Of a stretch of DNA of 64,000 nt, positions 9,172-17,451 are shown one piece after another. How positions within the stretch are numbered: the first letter of the stretch is position 1; every line of letters begins with the position of its first letter. The notes below the pieces were generated by a model, which was not told the DNA's origin, made no database searches, and was given only the letters and a program-made list of their open reading frames with translations. The DNA lies in IMG/VR virus record IMGVR_UViG_3300032030_000058, positions 9,733 to 73,732 of that record. One strand, 5' to 3'. Both the position numbers and the translations under genes were made by a program. The DNA is from a virus.

Positions 9172-10152
9172 TTAATATTTTATTTTATTCCAGGGAATTT
9201 CTTCCCAATGTGTTAACGGAATGGGATATTTTTTATTATCGTGTTGGAAATTCAATTGAGTGTTCATTTGTCCTTGCTTGTTAAGGGAACTGGATAAATA
9301 AATTTTTAATCCATTTTTATCTACAACCGTTTTTCTAAAAAAGAAAGGTTTACCTGTTTTATGATTTCGTCTCACTATTTCATTTCTATCTGAGAATCCA
9401 TGAGTCAATCTTTCTCTTTGATCGTTTGCGATTTCTCTTAAATCTCGCTCACTACCAAATTCATTAAATATTGCTTCTTTTAGTGCTGTTGAATTATAGT
9501 GCATTAACTTCATGCCATAAATTTGTTCAGCAATATTACCGTTTTGAGCGATGTTAATCAATGTATCTCTGTCGTCATTTAATAAATTTAAACACATAAA
9601 CATAAATGTGTTGGTTCCATGATTTTTCATATCATGTTTTGTGTTCAAAAATTGAGCATCACCACGGTCCCTTAATAAATGTAAAGGAATAGATGGATTA
9701 TCATAAGAATTAAAATCTCTTAAACGAATATATTTAAAATCTATTTTTAAATAACGAGTTTTTCCGGTCTTTGGATTATGCAAAACAACACGATAATCAA
9801 TTCCTCTATTTTCGTCAATTCTTTCGTCACCAAATCCTTCGCTGACTTTTTCATAACCAATATTATACAATCTAGTTAATGTTGAATCGATATTTTGAAT
9901 AAACAAAGGCATTGCAATTAATTTATCAAAAACTCGATCAGCGTCGTCTTCTGGCTTAATATCTAACGGATTATTTTTGCTAGAGTTAAAAATTGTTTTA
10001 TTGCCAACTTTTATAAGTTTTGTTTTCCAAGAACTTTTGCCTTCATATTGACCGGTATCATCATTATAATCTTTAGGAATAAATTGACCGCCATTAGGCT
10101 GCCCGGCATTAGCATGTAATCTGCCAGTTGCATCTTGAACTGCCATATGCAA
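9172..10152 (-). CDS. hypothetical protein with N-terminal NGGQF motif
   Basis: 326 aa ORF. Confidence 0.5.
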   Translation of the reverse strand: MHMAVQDATGRLHANAGQPNGGQFIPKDYNDDTGQYEGKSSWKTKLIKVGNKTIFNSSKNNPLDIKPEDDADRVFDKLIAMPLFIQNIDSTLTRLYNIGYEKVSEGFGDERIDENRGIDYRVVLHNPKTGKTRYLKIDFKYIRLRDFNSYDNPSIPLHLLRDRGDAQFLNTKHDMKNHGTNTFMFMCLNLLNDDRDTLINIAQNGNIAEQIYGMKLMHYNSTALKEAIFNEFGSERDLREIANDQRERLTHGFSDRNEIVRRNHKTGKPFFFRKTVVDKNGLKIYLSSSLNKQGQMNTQLNFQHDNKKYPIPLTHWEEIPWNKIKY

Positions 10153-10155
10153 CTC

Positions 10156-11058
10156 CTACATTAAAGATTCAAAAATTTCTGGATTGCTGGTCATGATTTC
10201 TTCTAATTCATCATCAGTAACTAAATCTGCATCATCACCAAACATTTTTTTAGCATTAGCCTTAGCAATTTCTGCTTGTTTTTCATTGAATTTGCCAGTT
10301 TTACCCCATGGTTTGCTTTGTTCCACTTTGACTTCTTCTTTGACTTCTTCTTGAACAGGAGCAGCTTGTTTCTTAGACTCAATAACTTTTTCAAGTTTCT
10401 TCTTCGCTTCACCTAAAGTTTCAATGCCACCATGTTTAGCACTGATAACATTTTGTTGTTGTTTGCTATCGTGTGCTTTTTCAATAGCGGCTTTTTCTGC
10501 TTGTGATTTAGCACCGGACTTGGTTTGCCAGTTTTCGGATTCGCCCTTGAATTCGCCTAATTTTGAGTCGTATTCCTTGGCCATATCCCAAACTGTTTTA
10601 GCACTGACCTTGGTAGATAAGCCTTCAGTGATAACCTTACCACCTTTTGTATACCATTTGTCTTTGTATTTGTCCCAATACGCACCAGATTTTGAACCGA
10701 ATTGTTGTTCGACATCTTTAATATAAACAACTCCATCTTCGTTTCCGCCAGTTAATGTTGGAGGAACAGTTTTGCCTCTGCTTGGGCCATATTTTGGATC
10801 AATGGATTGACCATTGACGGATTTATATGTGAATCGGCCTCCACGGTCACGGGGCTGAGAAGATTCTGGATTTTCTGCTTGTCTAATTTTGCCGTTTTCA
10901 CGAGTTGTTCTTGTATTAGAATCACCTTTTTTAAAAGGATGACCACCACCAGTAGATTCTTTATACTCGCCAAAACCTGTATTAAGACCTTCAGTTTCTT
11001 CCATTTTTTTAACGATATGCTTTTTAGCATCTTTACTTGGTTTATATTTTTTTGCCAT
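10156..11058 (-). CDS. basic low-complexity protein, possible internal virion/DNA-associated protein
   Basis: 300 aa, Lys/Gly-rich, RDRGGRFTYK motif near N-terminus, AKKMFG near C-terminus. Confidence 0.5.
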   Translation of the reverse strand: MAKKYKPSKDAKKHIVKKMEETEGLNTGFGEYKESTGGGHPFKKGDSNTRTTRENGKIRQAENPESSQPRDRGGRFTYKSVNGQSIDPKYGPSRGKTVPPTLTGGNEDGVVYIKDVEQQFGSKSGAYWDKYKDKWYTKGGKVITEGLSTKVSAKTVWDMAKEYDSKLGEFKGESENWQTKSGAKSQAEKAAIEKAHDSKQQQNVISAKHGGIETLGEAKKKLEKVIESKKQAAPVQEEVKEEVKVEQSKPWGKTGKFNEKQAEIAKANAKKMFGDDADLVTDDELEEIMTSNPEIFESLM

Positions 11059-11119
11059 AATAAATTACCTCATTCATAGTTATTTTACTAATAAATGATT
11101 TAATACACAATAAATAAAA

Positions 11120-12136
11120 TTATTTATATCGCCAAATATATCCACCTGCTTGTTTATATTTTCCATCACAACAAAATTTTATACTGCTTCTAGATGCACC
11201 AGTTTGTCTATGAGCCTCAATAGTGCTTTCAAATTCAGCAATAAAATTCATATTCATATCATATTGTATAACAGGCCTACGAACATCTATTAAAACTAAA
11301 GGTTCAATATGTAATGGATAATTATCATTTTCTTTAAATTTCCAAACATAATTTTTATATCTTTTTCTATTTCCGTAGCAACACTGTCTTAAACAACTTT
11401 CAGATGTATTCCCAAAGTATTTTACAACGGTATATACATTTGGCCATTCTCTTATAAAATAACCATTTGCATCATATTGCAAAACAGGTTTTCCAAACTC
11501 ACCAAATCTACCTTTTAACCAAGTGTGATGTCCTTTTTTAAATTCAGTTCTAGGACATAAATGTTTTCCTTTATGCATTTTGCTAATTAATTCTTTTGTA
11601 TCTTCGCTATGTTTGTGTGTATGGTGTTTACTACCCTTGTTCTTCTCACCCATTTTTCTACGAGCTTCTGCACTAATTTTATGCCCGGTCGCACCACTTC
11701 CGCCTTCTGTTCCGTTATATCCATGCTTAAAGGAATCAAACAACGCAATATAGTATTTTTCACGTTCATTTGCCAATTCAGGCGTTTCAATTCCTTCTTC
11801 CAACACTTCATGTTCAAATTTATCCCAGCCATATTTCTGAATTGCGGCCCAAAATTTCTTTTGGCCTGGTTGATTATAACCGTGGCCGTTTCTGCCCCAA
11901 CGCGAACGAATAAAACGCTGATTGGTGATGCCAATATAACATTTACCGTTTATTTTATTTGTGTGTTTATAAACAGTCCAGGTCGGAACATGAACAACGC
12001 CGCGTTTTTTCTTAATGATGCCGTAATTGGATAGAACGTGTTTTAATTGGTCCTCTTTCAAATTAAAAAACATAGCAGTATCTGCACGACTGTGTTTCTC
12101 TACTATGTAATAATTGTATAGTTCTTCTCTTGTCAT
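11120..12136 (-). mobile_element. free-standing GIY-YIG homing endonuclease with NUMOD-type DNA-binding repeats
   Basis: GKCYIGIT...R...YGWDKFEHEVLE...EREKYYIALFDS...GYNGTEGG GIY-YIG core, followed by His/Lys-rich repeats and two tandem ~50 aa repeats (PVLQYDANGYFIREW... / PVIQYDMNMNFIAEF...). Confidence 0.9.
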
Positions 12137-12207
12137 AAAATAAAATGCTCCTGTCCGATGCTCAGCGGGCCGGCCAGCACCGAATGGAGCATCTCTTTTA
12201 TATATTA

Positions 12208-12236
12208 ATTATAACATACCATATATATTAATGCAA
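12208..12236 (-). promoter_or_regulatory. promoter TTGCAT-17-TATAAT for the GIY-YIG endonuclease gene
   Basis: -35 at 12236-12231 and -10 at 12213-12208 on the minus strand, followed by a GC-rich leader hairpin. Confidence 0.55.
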
Positions 12237-12237
12237 A

Positions 12238-12273
12238 TAAAAAAGAGAGGAACTCTTATAACATTCCTCTCTA
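12238..12273 (-). terminator. terminator downstream of the capsid gene
   Basis: AGAGAGGAA...TTCCTCTCT stem plus T-run on the minus strand. Confidence 0.65.
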
Positions 12274-12291
12274 ATTTTTCAATTCAACCAA

Positions 12292-13602
12292 CTATGCTGC
12301 TGGAGTGGTGAATGCTGCAGTTGAGATAACTGTAACTTTACCATTGTGAGCACCGAAGAGTTTGTAACCAGTTGAAGCAGTTAAGATACCGCTTAAATCT
12401 TGGTATGGAAGCACTTCGATTGCAGCTCCTGGAACACTGTCACCAACTGCTGGAATGCTTGCAGAAGCAATAGCGTAAAGTTTTGTGACTAATAATCCAG
12501 GTCTTAATGGACTAATCCATGTTCCAGTGATCATGTTCATGCTTGCGTCATAGGAGAAGTTGAGTGTTGGTTCAACAGCTGCGACGTCAGAAACGTGAGC
12601 ATAAACACCAATTCTCTTATTATCTAAGACGAATAAATCGTGATAGATACGAACGTTCACTTTGTAACCATCGAAATCTTGGACAACGCCAGGACCGAAT
12701 GTCTTAACGTGTTCATATTTAACGACGTGAGCAACTTTGGATGGATCGCAGACGATAAAGTCGATTTGTTTATTGCCTGTATCCCATGTGTAACCACCGT
12801 TACCAGAGTTGAGTAATTTAATCATAGTTCTGAAACGTGAATTTGGAACAGTGATTAATTTTCTACCTTCGTATTCTTCGATTTTGAAACTAATGTTACC
12901 TTTGAATTCAGAAGCATCGATAGTTCTGATTAATTCATTAGTATTTCTTAATTTGTTTCTGAAAGATGTAGAACAGAAGATAACTTGTCTTTCTGCTGGA
13001 ACTTCAGCGTTATCTAAAGTTTCGAAAGCAAGATTTAAGTGATAAATAGGACCATTTAATGTGTATCCTAATTGACCAGCAACTGGATCAGCGATTGCTG
13101 TGCTGTTAACTGTGCCAGCGTATTCTGCTAATTTTGAGAACACATAAGCATCAACTTCAGGAACAACGTTAACTCTGTTGGTTTCTTTTAAAGCCATAGC
13201 GACTGCTAAACCATCAGTTTCTTCATCGTCCATTAATTCGATTCTTAATTGAATAGCACGATCAACTCTGAGTGTGAACTCTTCCCACACAACAGCGATA
13301 TCGCCTTCTGGATAACCGTAACCTTCGCCTGCTGCATAAGGTGTAGCGGAACCGGCTGCGTAATCACCAGAAACTGGGACATTAGCACGGCCATAGTCTT
13401 TTAAACCAGCACCCATGAATTTTGCGACTTTAACGGTCTTTGTGCCTGTGAATTTTAAGAAGTCTTTTTCACCATCTAAGATAGAGGAACGAGCTTCTGC
13501 TACATATACTTCATCCCAGGCTTTTGTAGCGTATTTTTGAATAAGAGCAATAGCATTACCTGCCATAATATTTTTTCCTTCCTCCGATTTAACGGAACTC
13601 AT
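12292..13602 (-). CDS. major capsid protein (HK97-fold, phi29-like with C-terminal Ig-like domain)
   Basis: 436 aa; sits directly downstream of two acidic scaffold-like genes, has its own strong terminator, and has a Thr/Ser/Val-rich C-terminal ~100 aa that looks like a BIG2/Ig-like extension. Confidence 0.6.
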   Translation of the reverse strand: MSSVKSEEGKNIMAGNAIALIQKYATKAWDEVYVAEARSSILDGEKDFLKFTGTKTVKVAKFMGAGLKDYGRANVPVSGDYAAGSATPYAAGEGYGYPEGDIAVVWEEFTLRVDRAIQLRIELMDDEETDGLAVAMALKETNRVNVVPEVDAYVFSKLAEYAGTVNSTAIADPVAGQLGYTLNGPIYHLNLAFETLDNAEVPAERQVIFCSTSFRNKLRNTNELIRTIDASEFKGNISFKIEEYEGRKLITVPNSRFRTMIKLLNSGNGGYTWDTGNKQIDFIVCDPSKVAHVVKYEHVKTFGPGVVQDFDGYKVNVRIYHDLFVLDNKRIGVYAHVSDVAAVEPTLNFSYDASMNMITGTWISPLRPGLLVTKLYAIASASIPAVGDSVPGAAIEVLPYQDLSGILTASTGYKLFGAHNGKVTVISTAAFTTPAA

Positions 13603-13660
13603 TATGGAAATATGCTATGTTTCTTTTTTGTGGCTTATCAAGTTTAACTTATAATATATA

Positions 13661-14059
13661 TTATAACTTAAACAGTTTTTTTGCTTCTTCCCATTCTTCT
13701 TCGTCGTCGTCACCGTTTTCGGATTCTCCTTCCTCAGTGACTTCTTCTTCATCAGAATCGGATTTAGCATCTTCAAGTTTGTTTTCGAATTCTTCTTTAG
13801 ATTCGCCAGGACCAATTTCTTTAGCGGCTTCAGCTTCTTCAGCGGTTACGCCTTCAGCACCAGCACCTTCTGGACCTGCATCTTTTTCGAAGTCTTCGTC
13901 AAGTTCTAACCCGATAGCGCTGCATAATGTGCCTAAATCTTCTTTAGACATTTTACCTTCACGGAAGAGAGGCCATAAAATACCATCTGCGATATCTTCT
14001 GGGGTTAAACCTGCATCTTGAAGTTTTTGCATCATTTCTTGGATTTCTTCATTATTCAT
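13661..14059 (-). CDS. acidic scaffold-like protein
   Basis: 132 aa, highly acidic, C-terminus EEWEEAKKLFKL. Confidence 0.5.
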   Translation of the reverse strand: MNNEEIQEMMQKLQDAGLTPEDIADGILWPLFREGKMSKEDLGTLCSAIGLELDEDFEKDAGPEGAGAEGVTAEEAEAAKEIGPGESKEEFENKLEDAKSDSDEEEVTEEGESENGDDDEEEWEEAKKLFKL

Positions 14060-14077
14060 GTGTGATTTACTCCTTAA

Positions 14078-14839
14078 TTAATGAAACTTCAACTTAAATA
14101 ATTTTTCTGCTTCCTCTTCTTCACTCATTTGAGGCGCAGGTTTTTGCTCATTACCGAGCGCTTTAATACGTGTCACAGGAGCTGGGGCTGGGGCTGGGGA
14201 AGCAGCTTCCGCTTCTTTCTCAGCATTAGCTTCGCCTTTCCATTCAGGATGGGTTTCTAATTCGGAGTTAATATTATCTAATGTAACTTCAAGGCCTTTT
14301 CCTTTAAGAATTAATTTGACATCCTCGTAACGATCCGCATCAACACCGGATTGCATAAGAGCGATAGTTTCCGACATATCAGTAAGTTTTTTGTCTGTGT
14401 CTGATTTTTCTTGTTCCCAAGACGCTTTATCAGCATCATACATTTCTTTCTGTGTGTCGTATCTTTGTGCATTAGCAACTAAAGCATCAAGTTCTTCTTC
14501 ATTTTTGACACCATAACGGCCATAAATGTAGTTAAACGTTTTCTCTCTAGTTTTAACACGAGTATCACCAACTAACTTATCCACATCATCCTGAGTGAAA
14601 GTTTTAATGGATGTGTCGATAGCACCGTTTTCCTCGACTAATTCTGTTTCTGCTGGTTGGGACACACCATTAGCTGCATCTTCTTCAGTATAAACAGCGC
14701 CAGCTTCGGCTTCATTTTCCTCTGCGGAAGTGGCAGCAGGATCGGATGTTTCAGTCATTTCTGGTGATTTGGAAACAACTTCTTCATCTGTTTTTTCTTC
14801 TTCGCCTTCCAAAATTGGTTTTTTTTCTAAATCTTCCAT
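14078..14839 (-). CDS. scaffolding protein (acidic, coiled)
   Basis: 253 aa, Glu-rich, C-terminus EEEEAEKLFKLKFH, immediately upstream of the capsid gene. Confidence 0.55.
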   Translation of the reverse strand: MEDLEKKPILEGEEEKTDEEVVSKSPEMTETSDPAATSAEENEAEAGAVYTEEDAANGVSQPAETELVEENGAIDTSIKTFTQDDVDKLVGDTRVKTREKTFNYIYGRYGVKNEEELDALVANAQRYDTQKEMYDADKASWEQEKSDTDKKLTDMSETIALMQSGVDADRYEDVKLILKGKGLEVTLDNINSELETHPEWKGEANAEKEAEAASPAPAPAPVTRIKALGNEQKPAPQMSEEEEAEKLFKLKFH

Positions 14840-15077
14840 GTTTAACCTCCTGGAACGAGTAATTAACGTAAAAATAATTTACTAGAATTATATTAGCATG
14901 TATTTTTCGTGTGTGTAAATAAAAAATGATAAGGTTTTGTGCGTGGGCGTGAAGAATAACAATATGCTGGAAAAAAATGTTGACTTGGGTGGGCCGAAAA
15001 ATTTGTGGAGGCATTTAGAAAAAACCCAATCGGCAAAAACCCCCTCAACACCCCTCCCCCTACCTGATGTCCTCAAA

Positions 15078-15104
15078 CAAAAAATGACTAGCGTCCTAGT
15101 CATA
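15078..15104 (-). terminator. rho-independent terminator (minus-strand direction) in the late-operon upstream region
   Basis: Perfect 8 bp stem ATGACTAG-cgtc-CTAGTCAT followed by a T-run on the minus strand. Confidence 0.5.
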
Positions 15105-15283
15105 GTTCGAGAGGTTGCAGCCTCTTAGTTATAAAGGAGGATGTTCATTATATGTCCGAAATGAAAACCTACAGCTTTAGTATACAGCATCGATTCGTTA
15201 CCGTGCAAGAAAATTCCATCACCAGACAAGTTGGATTGCCCATAGAGCTTTTGAAAAAAATCGCACTATACTAAAAATAATTG

Positions 15284-15312
15284 TTGACAACATATATTAA
15301 TGGATATATAAT
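15284..15312 (+). promoter_or_regulatory. early sigma-A-type promoter P1 (TTGACA-17-TATAAT)
   Basis: -35 15284-15289, -10 15307-15312, AT-rich UP element aaaataattg. Confidence 0.7.
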
Positions 15313-15343
15313 TTAGGTAGTTAAAAACAAAGGAGCAAAAAAT

Positions 15344-15727
15344 ATGACACTAAATGAACTCTTAAAAAAACTTAGCACCATTAAAAAATATCGCTGGTTC
15401 CATGTGGTTTACACTAGCACTATCAATGGTTACAAAAAAACCACTACAAGCATTGTTAGGTTTGCTGACTATAAAAAGGCTGATGGCACCATGAACGAGC
15501 CTAAAAAGACCAATGTAAGCGAGTATATCATGCATTGTGAAAATACCGGCAATACCAATTTACAAGTATTCGTTACCAAATGCAAAAACCATAAGCCACA
15601 TAGTGTTTATGAGTATATGGGCAAAGAGATTAGTAAAGAGGAATATTATGAGGGTTCTCACAAAAAGCCATCTTCACCATCTCAATGTTTCTATCTCACC
15701 ATTGACAACATTGTAGCAATTTACTAA
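15344..15727 (+). CDS. early hypothetical protein
   Basis: Promoter 15284-15312, AAGGAG RBS, 127 aa. Confidence 0.6.
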   Translation: MTLNELLKKLSTIKKYRWFHVVYTSTINGYKKTTTSIVRFADYKKADGTMNEPKKTNVSEYIMHCENTGNTNLQVFVTKCKNHKPHSVYEYMGKEISKEEYYEGSHKKPSSPSQCFYLTIDNIVAIY

Positions 15728-15740
15728 GGGGGTTATAAAA

Positions 15741-15914
15741 ATGTTCAAAGTTGGAGATACCATTAAAATTATCTACATGGAAGGAGAGCCACAATATAGT
15801 GGCAAAATAGGCACCATTACTCACATTGACGATATTGGTCAATTACATGGGACTTGGGGTGGTTGTGCACTAATTCCAAATGTGGACGAGTTCCAAAAAA
15901 TTGAGAGCCGATAA
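15741..15914 (+). CDS. small early protein (57 aa)
   Basis: AAGGGGG RBS 6 nt upstream of ATG; followed by terminator 15904-15930. Confidence 0.5.
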   Translation: MFKVGDTIKIIYMEGEPQYSGKIGTITHIDDIGQLHGTWGGCALIPNVDEFQKIESR

Positions 15915-15930
15915 CATCGGTTCTTTTTTT
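15904..15930 (+). terminator. intrinsic terminator
   Basis: CCGAT-aac-ATCGG hairpin plus T8. Confidence 0.6.
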
Positions 15931-15978
15931 TAGCATCAATCGACCGTGCAAGAAGGAGATGGCGGCGGATGTCGATGG

Positions 15979-15996
15979 TTCCTAAAATCTTAGGAA
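15979..15996. promoter_or_regulatory. palindromic operator TTCCTAAAATCTTAGGAA upstream of P2
   Basis: Near-perfect 18 bp inverted repeat ~20 bp upstream of the -35. Confidence 0.5.
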
Positions 15997-16016
15997 AAAT
16001 TTTCTATAAATAATTG

Positions 16017-16045
16017 TTGACAATATATATACAATAATATATAAT
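16017..16045 (+). promoter_or_regulatory. early promoter P2 (TTGACA-17-TATAAT)
   Basis: -35 16017-16022, -10 16040-16045. Confidence 0.7.
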
Positions 16046-16072
16046 GGTAGTGTAGATAAGGAGATAAAAACT

Positions 16073-16198
16073 ATGTTCGCTAAAACCTATGTAATTATGC
16101 CATTGGAGTGGGATTATGATAATGACCACCATAATATGATAAGATACCTATCTAATCAAGGTATCATTGTTCCTAGTGATATTGTTCGCTTGGATTAA
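16073..16198 (+). CDS. small early ORF (42 aa), possibly the 5' part of a frameshifted gene
   Basis: Promoter 16017-16045, AAGGAG RBS; a further 41-codon ORF follows in the +1 frame (16213-16338) without an RBS before the terminator. Confidence 0.35.
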   Translation: MFAKTYVIMPLEWDYDNDHHNMIRYLSNQGIIVPSDIVRLD

Positions 16199-16212
16199 TT
16201 GTGTGGCTCTAT

Positions 16213-16338
16213 GGAGTGTTCAAAGGGCTATGCGGTTGGCACCATTACAAAACTTAAAAAGGAATATCCATATGTCAAGTTTGGACTATTCGAGGGAGCA
16301 ACTTGGGGTTCACTGACCATTGTTCAAGAGTTCTAATT
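16213..16338 (+). pseudogene. possible downstream fragment of a frameshifted early gene
   Basis: ORF MECSKGYAVG... in a different frame from 16073-16198, no SD, same transcription unit. Confidence 0.25.
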
Positions 16339-16339
16339 G

Positions 16340-16367
16340 AAGTATCCTGATGCGGGATACTTTTTTT
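16340..16367 (+). terminator. intrinsic terminator
   Basis: GTATCC-tgatgc-GGGATAC plus T7. Confidence 0.65.
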
Positions 16368-16452
16368 ATGCGATGCTGGACCGTGCTAAAAAATCCGATG
16401 GCGGATCCAGGATGAAGCTCACCATCAATGTTTGTTAACTTATAATTTTGTG

Positions 16453-16481
16453 TTGACAATATATATAAAATGATATATACT
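16453..16481 (+). promoter_or_regulatory. early promoter P3 (TTGACA-17-TATACT)
   Basis: -35 16453-16458, -10 16476-16481. Confidence 0.65.
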
Positions 16482-16505
16482 ATAATTAGAAAGAAGGAAC
16501 AAATC

Positions 16506-16931
16506 ATGAGTGAAAAACAAAAGCAAGAAGCCATTAAAAGAATGAGACTTCTACAAATTATGAATAGCGTCATTACCGACTTTAAAAATAATGGTCGTAT
16601 TTATTATAGTGAAAGGCAGAATTCAATGTTTCCAGCCACACTGTATTGGTTAGACAATAAACCTGAATGGGTTGCAATGGTCAAGGACTTTGAAAAAAGA
16701 AATCATGCCCTTGTCTATCATGCTCAATTAACTCACACACAAGTGGGAGACTTGCTATCGTTATTATATGTTTCTAATGACGAGTCAAGCTGGGAAGAGG
16801 ACCGCGAATGGATAGTCAATGAAGATGGCTTGATGTATTCAATGGTCATTAATCTTGACGACGACACATTCAGCGACATGGGGACCATTCAAGTTCGACC
16901 AGCGATGGGAGGTGTAGTAAGAACGGCGTAA
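16506..16931 (+). CDS. early hypothetical protein
   Basis: Start at ATG 16506 preceded by GAAGGAAC RBS; promoter 16453-16481. Confidence 0.6.
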   Translation: MSEKQKQEAIKRMRLLQIMNSVITDFKNNGRIYYSERQNSMFPATLYWLDNKPEWVAMVKDFEKRNHALVYHAQLTHTQVGDLLSLLYVSNDESSWEEDREWIVNEDGLMYSMVINLDDDTFSDMGTIQVRPAMGGVVRTA

Positions 16932-17042
16932 CAGCCGCTCTTTTTTTTAGCTTCAATTACCGTGCTAATACAGTGGATCCAGATTCAGATGCGGATCGTC
17001 TTCTGGCGTTCGAATCTTTTTAAAAAAATTTAATTTTAGGTA

Positions 17043-17071
17043 TTGACAATATATATAAAATAATATATACT
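17043..17071 (+). promoter_or_regulatory. early promoter P4 (drives ncRNA candidate)
   Basis: -35 17043-17048, -10 TATACT 17066-17071; 27/29 identical to P3. Confidence 0.65.
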
Positions 17072-17077
17072 ATATAT

Positions 17078-17289
17078 GTAAGATGAATAAACAAGTGTTG
17101 GGAAGATGATGTTCTCTTACAGCGAATAACCAAAGACTGCTATAGTGTCATAATAGGCGTAAGGTGGACGAAACCCTGGTTGGTTGGGCCGACGACTCGT
17201 ATGGTGTTTGCTACGTCACAACGTTAAATAGAACGTAGAACATAACTTAATAGTTTGGGAGAAGGTGGTTCGAAACACCTTCTTTTTTT
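17078..17289 (+). ncRNA. candidate ~210 nt non-coding RNA (promoter to terminator with no ORF and no RBS)
   Basis: Canonical early promoter 17043-17071 followed by no SD or ORF longer than 8 codons, internal hairpins (GTAAGA/TCTTAC, CTACGT/ACGTAG), intrinsic terminator 17259-17289. Confidence 0.45.
17259..17289 (+). terminator. intrinsic terminator ending the ncRNA candidate
   Basis: GAAGGTG-gttcgaaa-CACCTTC plus T7. Confidence 0.65.
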
Positions 17290-17393
17290 GCACCTGATAA
17301 CGCAACTGGATCTAAATCGCCGCATCAGATGAACCGTGCTAAACAGCATCATCTGGAATTCGGATGGAGCTGGGAAATTCTTCAAAAATAATG

Positions 17394-17422
17394 CTTGACG
17401 ATATATATACAATAATATATAA
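17394..17422 (+). promoter_or_regulatory. early promoter P5 (TTGACG-17-TATAAT)
   Basis: -35 17394-17399, -10 17417-17422. Confidence 0.65.
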
Positions 17423-17451
17423 TATAAGTAGTTAATAGGAGGAATACTAAT

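Noticed and set aside
11587-12034. ORFs 11587-11934 (minus) and 11609-12034 (plus) inside the GIY-YIG gene
   Set aside because: They are alternative-frame or antisense ORFs entirely within a well-supported gene. The many other plus-strand ORFs inside minus-strand genes were discarded for the same reason: 31497-32654, 50142-51146, 62471-63097 and others.
15040-15075. G-quadruplex on the minus strand (GGGGGAGGGGTGTTGAGGGGG)
   Set aside because: Only three G-runs of 4 or more are present; a canonical intramolecular G4 needs four. It is reported instead as an unusual C/G-rich tract.
15151-15300. 49-codon plus-strand ORF after a strong AAAGGAGG
   Set aside because: SD-to-ATG spacing is 11 nt, the ORF runs through the -35 of promoter P1, and there is no terminator or context of its own. 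It was not listed as a feature, though a small leader peptide cannot be excluded.
17259-17289. T-loop-like GGTTCGAAACACC suggesting a tRNA
   Set aside because: It is the loop of a canonical terminator hairpin (GAAGGTG/CACCTTC plus T7). No acceptor, D or anticodon arms can be formed.
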